Assembly: GCA_043804695.1 (NCBI GenBank)
Contig: JAZDIV010000130.1
Location: forward strand, 1-10,794
Source of the DNA: PVC group bacterium
GTDB lineage: Bacteria; Auribacterota; Erginobacteria; Erginobacterales; Erginobacteraceae
Reading direction: 5' to 3'
DNA length: 10,794 nt
Made by a program: the position numbers and the translations under genes. The notes below the pieces were generated by a model. The model was not told where the DNA came from. It searched no databases and was given only the letters and a program-made list of their open reading frames with translations. Below, in pieces: positions 6,450 to 10,794 of this stretch (position 1 is its first letter; every line of letters starts with the position of its first letter).

Positions 6450-7259
6450 TCATTTTTTGGAAAAATAGATGTTCCGGAAGAGCGCCTCGGTCGACGATTT
6501 CGTGTGCTGGGAGTTGGTGTAGAGGCGGAGCGCGCTGACATTGGCCGGCTTTTTATCGTCAAATAGCCGGACATAGTCCTCGTAAACATTCCGCTTTTCC
6601 GCGACCCACTCCCCCAGCTTCTCCTCGCCGGTCTGGAGAACGATGGCCCGGCTTTTCCCCCAGGTCGGGCAGGGCCCTTCCGTCCCGACCGGGAGCGTGC
6701 TGGACCAGTAATAGCCGACCGCCCTGACGAAGGGCTTGTTGAGCATGGAGAGCGAGCCGAAGGAGATATAGACCTGGGCGGCCTGGTCATCCTTATCTTT
6801 ATCAAGGAAACTCCCGCCAACCGGAAGATCCAGTACCTTCCACTCCCAGTTAAGAATCGGATAATCTTTGATATCAAAGTCCTTGGTATTGTAAATACCG
6901 AAGGCGCTGTTTTCGCTCTTCAGGCGGACGGCGATCTGGTCTCCCTCTTTAACCAGCGAGATGTCGACCGGCTCCTGCTTGCTGTCAAGCTTCCAGCCCT
7001 TGGGCGCGGTGTCATTGCCCATCCCCCGGTAAAATTTACTGAGAAGGATGATGTCCTCCCGCTGGGAGAGAGGGACTTCGCTCTCCTGAGCCGGTTGCTC
7101 GGGGACGGGCGTCTCCCCGGGTGTGACTGACGGCAGGAATGCAGCAGGGGGAGCGGTCGAGGCGGGGCCGGGTTCTTCAGTATCACCGGCAATCCCTCCA
7201 GGAGCCAGCGCCGCAATTACGATCCCGGCCAACAAAATAAGAATCGTTAATCTGGTCAT
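6450..7259 (-). CDS. DUF3047 domain exported protein
   Basis: Signal peptide and Pro-rich linker, followed by YPILNWEWKV, DDQAAQVY, YYWSS and WVAEKRNVYEDY. ATG 7259 is chosen for its spacing from GAGGAG; 7265 is the alternative. Confidence 0.82.
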   Translation of the reverse strand: MTRLTILILLAGIVIAALAPGGIAGDTEEPGPASTAPPAAFLPSVTPGETPVPEQPAQESEVPLSQREDIILLSKFYRGMGNDTAPKGWKLDSKQEPVDISLVKEGDQIAVRLKSENSAFGIYNTKDFDIKDYPILNWEWKVLDLPVGGSFLDKDKDDQAAQVYISFGSLSMLNKPFVRAVGYYWSSTLPVGTEGPCPTWGKSRAIVLQTGEEKLGEWVAEKRNVYEDYVRLFDDKKPANVSALRLYTNSQHTKSSTEALFRNIYFSKK

Positions 7260-7301
7260 CAGCATCTCCTCGTTAATAAATTAGCGCTTGCGGCGCAACT
7301 G

Positions 7302-7418
7302 GGTGACGGTTACGGTAACGAGGCCCGTTTCGTCTGGCGGTTACGGTTACGTGCGCCCAGCGTGGCCGCCGTCACCTTTACCCTCACCGAAACGGGCATC
7401 GTTACCCTTACCGTTACC
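7302..7418. repeat. Palindromic element built from (GGTNAC)n / (GTTACC)n hexamers
   Basis: Arms 7302-7332 and 7388-7418 are inverted repeats matching at 27/31. Further hexamer runs lie inside. Confidence 0.8.
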
Positions 7419-7439
7419 GTTTTTGAAATTCAGAGGCAG

Positions 7440-9221
7440 CTATGTCAGCGCTTCCGGGGCTAGTGTAATATGCAGCTCTTTCAGCTGGCGCGGCGTGACC
7501 TCGGAAGGCGATCCGGTCGTCAGGCAGATCGCCTTCTGCGTTTTCGGGAAGGTGATCACGTCCCGGATCGAGTCGAGGCCGCCCATCAGCATCAGCAGCC
7601 GGTCAAGACCGAGGGCGATGCCGCCGTGGGGAGGAGCGCCGTACTGGAGTGCCTCCAGCAAAAACCCGAAACGGCGGCGGGCTTCCTCCCGGTTTATATT
7701 GAGCAGCGCGAACATTTTCTCCTGCATATCCTCCTGGTGGATCCTGATGCTCCCCCCTCCCAGTTCCGTGCCGTTCAAGACCACGTCATACGCCAGCGAG
7801 CGGACCTTGCCCGGGTCGGTATCAAGGAGCGGCATATCATCCGGATGAGGGCTCGTGAAGGGGTGATGAACCGCCTCGTAACGCTTCTCTTCCGGATTAT
7901 AGGCCAGAAGCGGGAAATCGACCACCCAGAGAAAAGCATACCGGTCACGGGGGATCAGGTTGAGATCCGCGGCGATCTTCAGCCGCAGCCTCCCCAGGAC
8001 CGGGGCGGCGACATCCGCCCGATCGGCGACCATCATCGCGCAATCGCCCGGACCGCAGCCCAGCCGTTTCCGCAGGCTGGCGAGTACGTTCTCGGGAAGA
8101 TACTTTTTCAGGGGGGATTTCAGGGTTCCGTCTTCCTTGAACAAGATCCAGAGCAGCCCCCCGGCCCCGGACTCCCGGCAGAAGCCGGTCAGCTCATCGA
8201 GCTCCTTGAGAGAGAGGCCGGCGCCGCCGGGAACGGCAAATCCCCTGACAACACCGTTCCCGGCCAGGACCTCCTTAAAAACGCGGAACTCGCTTTCCCG
8301 GAACAAATCGCTTAATTCGGCAATCCGGAGATCAAAGCGGAGATCGGGCTTGTCGCTCCCGAAGCGCAACATCGCCTCCACGTAGGTCATCCGGGATATC
8401 GGCAACTCCATCTTCACCCCGACAAACTCCGAAAAGAGCGCGGCCAGCATCTCCTCCACCACCTGGAAGATGTCCTCCGGCTCGACAAAAGACATCTCCA
8501 GATCTATCTGGGTATGCTCGGGCTGCCGGTCGGCCCGGAGGTCTTCATCCCGCAGGCAGCGCGCGATCTGGAAGTACTTATCCACGCCCGCCACCATCAG
8601 CAGCTGCTTGAAAAGCTGGGGGGACTGGGGCAGCGCGTAAAACCGGCCGGGATGAACCCGGCTCGGAACCAGGTAATCCCGCGCCCCTTCCGGGGTGCTT
8701 TTGGTTAAAAGCGGCGTTTCGATTTCCCAGAAGCCGCGGGCGTCGAGGATATCCCGGATCCGGCGGGTCACCTGGTGGCGGAGCCGGAGATTTTTCAGCA
8801 TCACCGGGCGACGGAGATCGAGATACCGGTATTTCAGACGGACCTCCTCCTGAAGATCCTCCTCGTCTTCGATCGGGAATGGGGGCGTCCGGCTGGGATT
8901 GATGATCTGAAGGGCGTCGGCGAAAACCTCGATCTCCCCCGTCGGCAGTTTCGGGTTCACGCTTCCTTCCGGGCGTGGCCTGACCACCCCCTTGACCGCG
9001 ATGACGTACTCCGACCGGAGGCCCGCCGCGAGGCAATGGGCTTCCCCGTTCGCCTCCGGGCTGAAGACGACCTGAGTCACTCCGTTACGGTCGCAGAGAT
9101 CGATGAAGATCACCCCGCCGTGATCGCGGCGGCGGCGCACCCACCCCGAGAGCACAACCCGGCTGCCTTCATCGGCGCCCCGCAGCTCTCCGCAGGTGTG
9201 ATCGCGTTTCCAAAATGCCAT
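7440..9221 (-). CDS. aspS: Aspartate--tRNA ligase (probably non-discriminating, Asp/Asn)
   Basis: 593 aa with RDHTCGEL, RRDHGGVIFIDL, RLKYRYLDLRR, STPEGARDYLVPSR, ALPQSPQLFKQ, RDEDLRADRQPE, a GAD insert and PPHGGIALGLDRL. RBS gaagggg. Confidence 0.98.
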   Translation of the reverse strand: MAFWKRDHTCGELRGADEGSRVVLSGWVRRRRDHGGVIFIDLCDRNGVTQVVFSPEANGEAHCLAAGLRSEYVIAVKGVVRPRPEGSVNPKLPTGEIEVFADALQIINPSRTPPFPIEDEEDLQEEVRLKYRYLDLRRPVMLKNLRLRHQVTRRIRDILDARGFWEIETPLLTKSTPEGARDYLVPSRVHPGRFYALPQSPQLFKQLLMVAGVDKYFQIARCLRDEDLRADRQPEHTQIDLEMSFVEPEDIFQVVEEMLAALFSEFVGVKMELPISRMTYVEAMLRFGSDKPDLRFDLRIAELSDLFRESEFRVFKEVLAGNGVVRGFAVPGGAGLSLKELDELTGFCRESGAGGLLWILFKEDGTLKSPLKKYLPENVLASLRKRLGCGPGDCAMMVADRADVAAPVLGRLRLKIAADLNLIPRDRYAFLWVVDFPLLAYNPEEKRYEAVHHPFTSPHPDDMPLLDTDPGKVRSLAYDVVLNGTELGGGSIRIHQEDMQEKMFALLNINREEARRRFGFLLEALQYGAPPHGGIALGLDRLLMLMGGLDSIRDVITFPKTQKAICLTTGSPSEVTPRQLKELHITLAPEALT

Positions 9222-9324
9222 TATTTTTCCCCTTCGTAAAAATATGCTATCCCCCTGCCTCGCCCCCTTTTTTTAACAGACGATCGAATAGGATTGAATA
9301 GGAATTGTTCTCCTCTCCTTGCCC

Positions 9325-9383
9325 TCGTCATTCGCCTGTCCGCCGAAGCTTTAGCGAAGGCGGATCATTCGGATTTCGTCATT
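9325..9383. repeat. (TCGTCAT)-type short tandem repeat interrupted by a 30-nt hairpin insert
   Basis: tcgtcattcg [cctgtccgccgaagctttagcgaaggcgga, 9335-9364] tcattcggatttcgtcatt. It overlaps the hisS stop codon. Confidence 0.65.
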
Positions 9384-10627
9384 ATATTTGCCACCTCATC
9401 TTCCCGGACCATCGCTTCTTCTCCGCTCTTCATGTCTTTTAATTTCACCACCCCCCTCTCAATCTCTTCTTCCCCGCGGATCAGGACGTGATTCGCACCC
9501 AGCTTATTGGCCTCCCTCATCTGGGCCTTGAGGCTGCGGTCCAGGTAATCCATGCCCGCCCTGAACCCGCGGCGGCGGAGCCGCGAGAGAAGGATGAAGT
9601 TGGGGCGGAAAGCCTCCGGAGAGGCCGTAACAATATAGAGGTGCCCGGGAGACGGCGCGGGTATGGTCAGCACACGGTCCCCCACCCCCAGCAGGAGACG
9701 CTCCAGGCCGATGGAAAACCCGGCGGCGCCGAGCGAGGGGCCGCCCAGATCTTCAATCAGGGTATCGTATCGTCCTCCTCCGGCCACCGCGTCCTGGGCC
9801 CCCAGGCCGGGACCATAGGCTTCAAAGACAACACTGGTATAATAATCGAGCCCCCGCACCAGGAGCGGATTGACGGCGAACGGCACCGCCAGGTCAACCA
9901 GAAGTCCGCGAACGGCCTCATAATGCGATTCGCATTCTTCACAGAAAAGCTCGGCCGGCTTCGGTCCCTCGCCGACGATCGTCCGGCAGCCGGGGTTCTT
10001 GCAATCGAGGGCCCGGAGCGGGTTGTCCTCCAGACGCCGCCGGCAGTGATCACAGAGTTCCGCCCGGCGGCCGGAGAGGTACCGGTACAATTTTTCCCGG
10101 TAGGCCGGACGGCACCGGGAGCAGCCCACGCTGTTTATTCCCAGCGTCCATCCTTCCAGACCGGTTTCTTCCAGACAGCAGATCAAAAGATCGATGACCT
10201 CGGCGTCAACGGCCGGATGGAGGCTTCCCAGGGCTTCGATGCCGAACTGGTGAAACTGCCGCCGGCGGCCGGCCTGGGGCCGCTCGCGCCGGAACATCGA
10301 TCCCAGATAATAATAACGGGCGAGCGACTGCCGGTTAAAAACATCGTGTTCGAGACAAGCCCGGACCACCCCGGCCGTCCCCTCCGGCCGCAAGCTCAGA
10401 CGCTTCTCGCCCGAGCCGGTAAACGAGAACATCTCCTTTTCAACGATGTCGGTGCTTTCTCCGATGCTCCGGATAAAAAGCTCGGTCGGCTCGACCAGAG
10501 GGGTCCGTATTTCCCCATAGCCGTACCGTTCCGCCGCGCTCCGGACGATCGATTCCAGCGCCCGGAAACGACCTGCTTCTTCCGGGAAGACATCCTGCAT
10601 CCCCCTGATTGCTCGGTAACGGGTCAT
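9365..10627 (-). CDS. hisS: Histidine--tRNA ligase
   Basis: Motifs are RGMQD, KEMFSF, LRPEGTAG, FRRERPQAGRRRQFHQ, LVRGLDYY, GGGRYD and GFSIGLERL, plus a C-terminal anticodon-binding domain. Start placed at ATG 10627 (MTRYRAIRG). Confidence 0.98.
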   Translation of the reverse strand: MTRYRAIRGMQDVFPEEAGRFRALESIVRSAAERYGYGEIRTPLVEPTELFIRSIGESTDIVEKEMFSFTGSGEKRLSLRPEGTAGVVRACLEHDVFNRQSLARYYYLGSMFRRERPQAGRRRQFHQFGIEALGSLHPAVDAEVIDLLICCLEETGLEGWTLGINSVGCSRCRPAYREKLYRYLSGRRAELCDHCRRRLEDNPLRALDCKNPGCRTIVGEGPKPAELFCEECESHYEAVRGLLVDLAVPFAVNPLLVRGLDYYTSVVFEAYGPGLGAQDAVAGGGRYDTLIEDLGGPSLGAAGFSIGLERLLLGVGDRVLTIPAPSPGHLYIVTASPEAFRPNFILLSRLRRRGFRAGMDYLDRSLKAQMREANKLGANHVLIRGEEEIERGVVKLKDMKSGEEAMVREDEVANIMTKSE

Positions 10628-10659
10628 AGTAAAACACAACGCCTTCGGCGTAACTTTTT

Positions 10660-10751
10660 GCCACTAAGACACCAAGACACTAAGAAAAACCAAATAAGGT
10701 GAGTATCTTGCCATTTCCCCTCTTTTCTTGGTGTCTTTGTGACTTGGTGGC
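10660..10751. repeat. Palindromic element built from 9-mer (CACYAAGA-type) tandem units
   Basis: gccactaagacaccaagacactaagaaaa (10660-10688) and ttttcttggtgtctttgtgacttggtggc (10723-10751) are complementary at 25/29. Confidence 0.85.
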
Positions 10752-10794
10752 TATAATTATTGAAATTCCGAAACAGCAAGTTAGCTCCGCAACT

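Noticed and set aside
7288..9239. Several + strand ORFs (186, 281, 141 and 154 aa)
   Set aside because: They are antisense to aspS. The VTVTVT/LPLPLP stretches are just translation of the hexamer repeat.
9488..10702. 404-aa + strand ORF
   Set aside because: It is an antisense shadow of hisS in GC-rich DNA, with no recognisable motifs.
10639..10794. T-box or His attenuator upstream of hisS
   Set aside because: No T-box consensus or His-codon leader peptide is visible, and the repeat accounts for the structure.

Overview
Bacterial, mostly GC-rich chromosomal window. The right half is housekeeping on the minus strand: hisS, aspS (with the non-discriminating signature), a DUF3047-like exported protein and a TRL-like lipoprotein. 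These converge on a DUF1893-like gene at a bidirectional terminator. The left half is accessory: a polytopic membrane protein (probable GT-C glycosyltransferase), a lower-GC alpha/beta hydrolase, a solo Cas4/RecB-like Fe-S PD-(D/E)XK nuclease and a small exported protein. Nearly every intergenic gap holds a different palindromic repeat, some of them nested. The most unusual segment is 3031-3430, directly downstream of the nuclease. It contains a degenerate attC-like site, a matching GTTATGT core 330 bp upstream, and four covarying hairpin+TTCA(T/A) units (two per strand, 63-66 nt period) resembling IS200/IS605 ends. A fifth unit lies at 5453-5492. No integrase, transposase, cas1/cas2, rRNA or tRNA is visible. 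Family calls come from motif recognition, not database searches.
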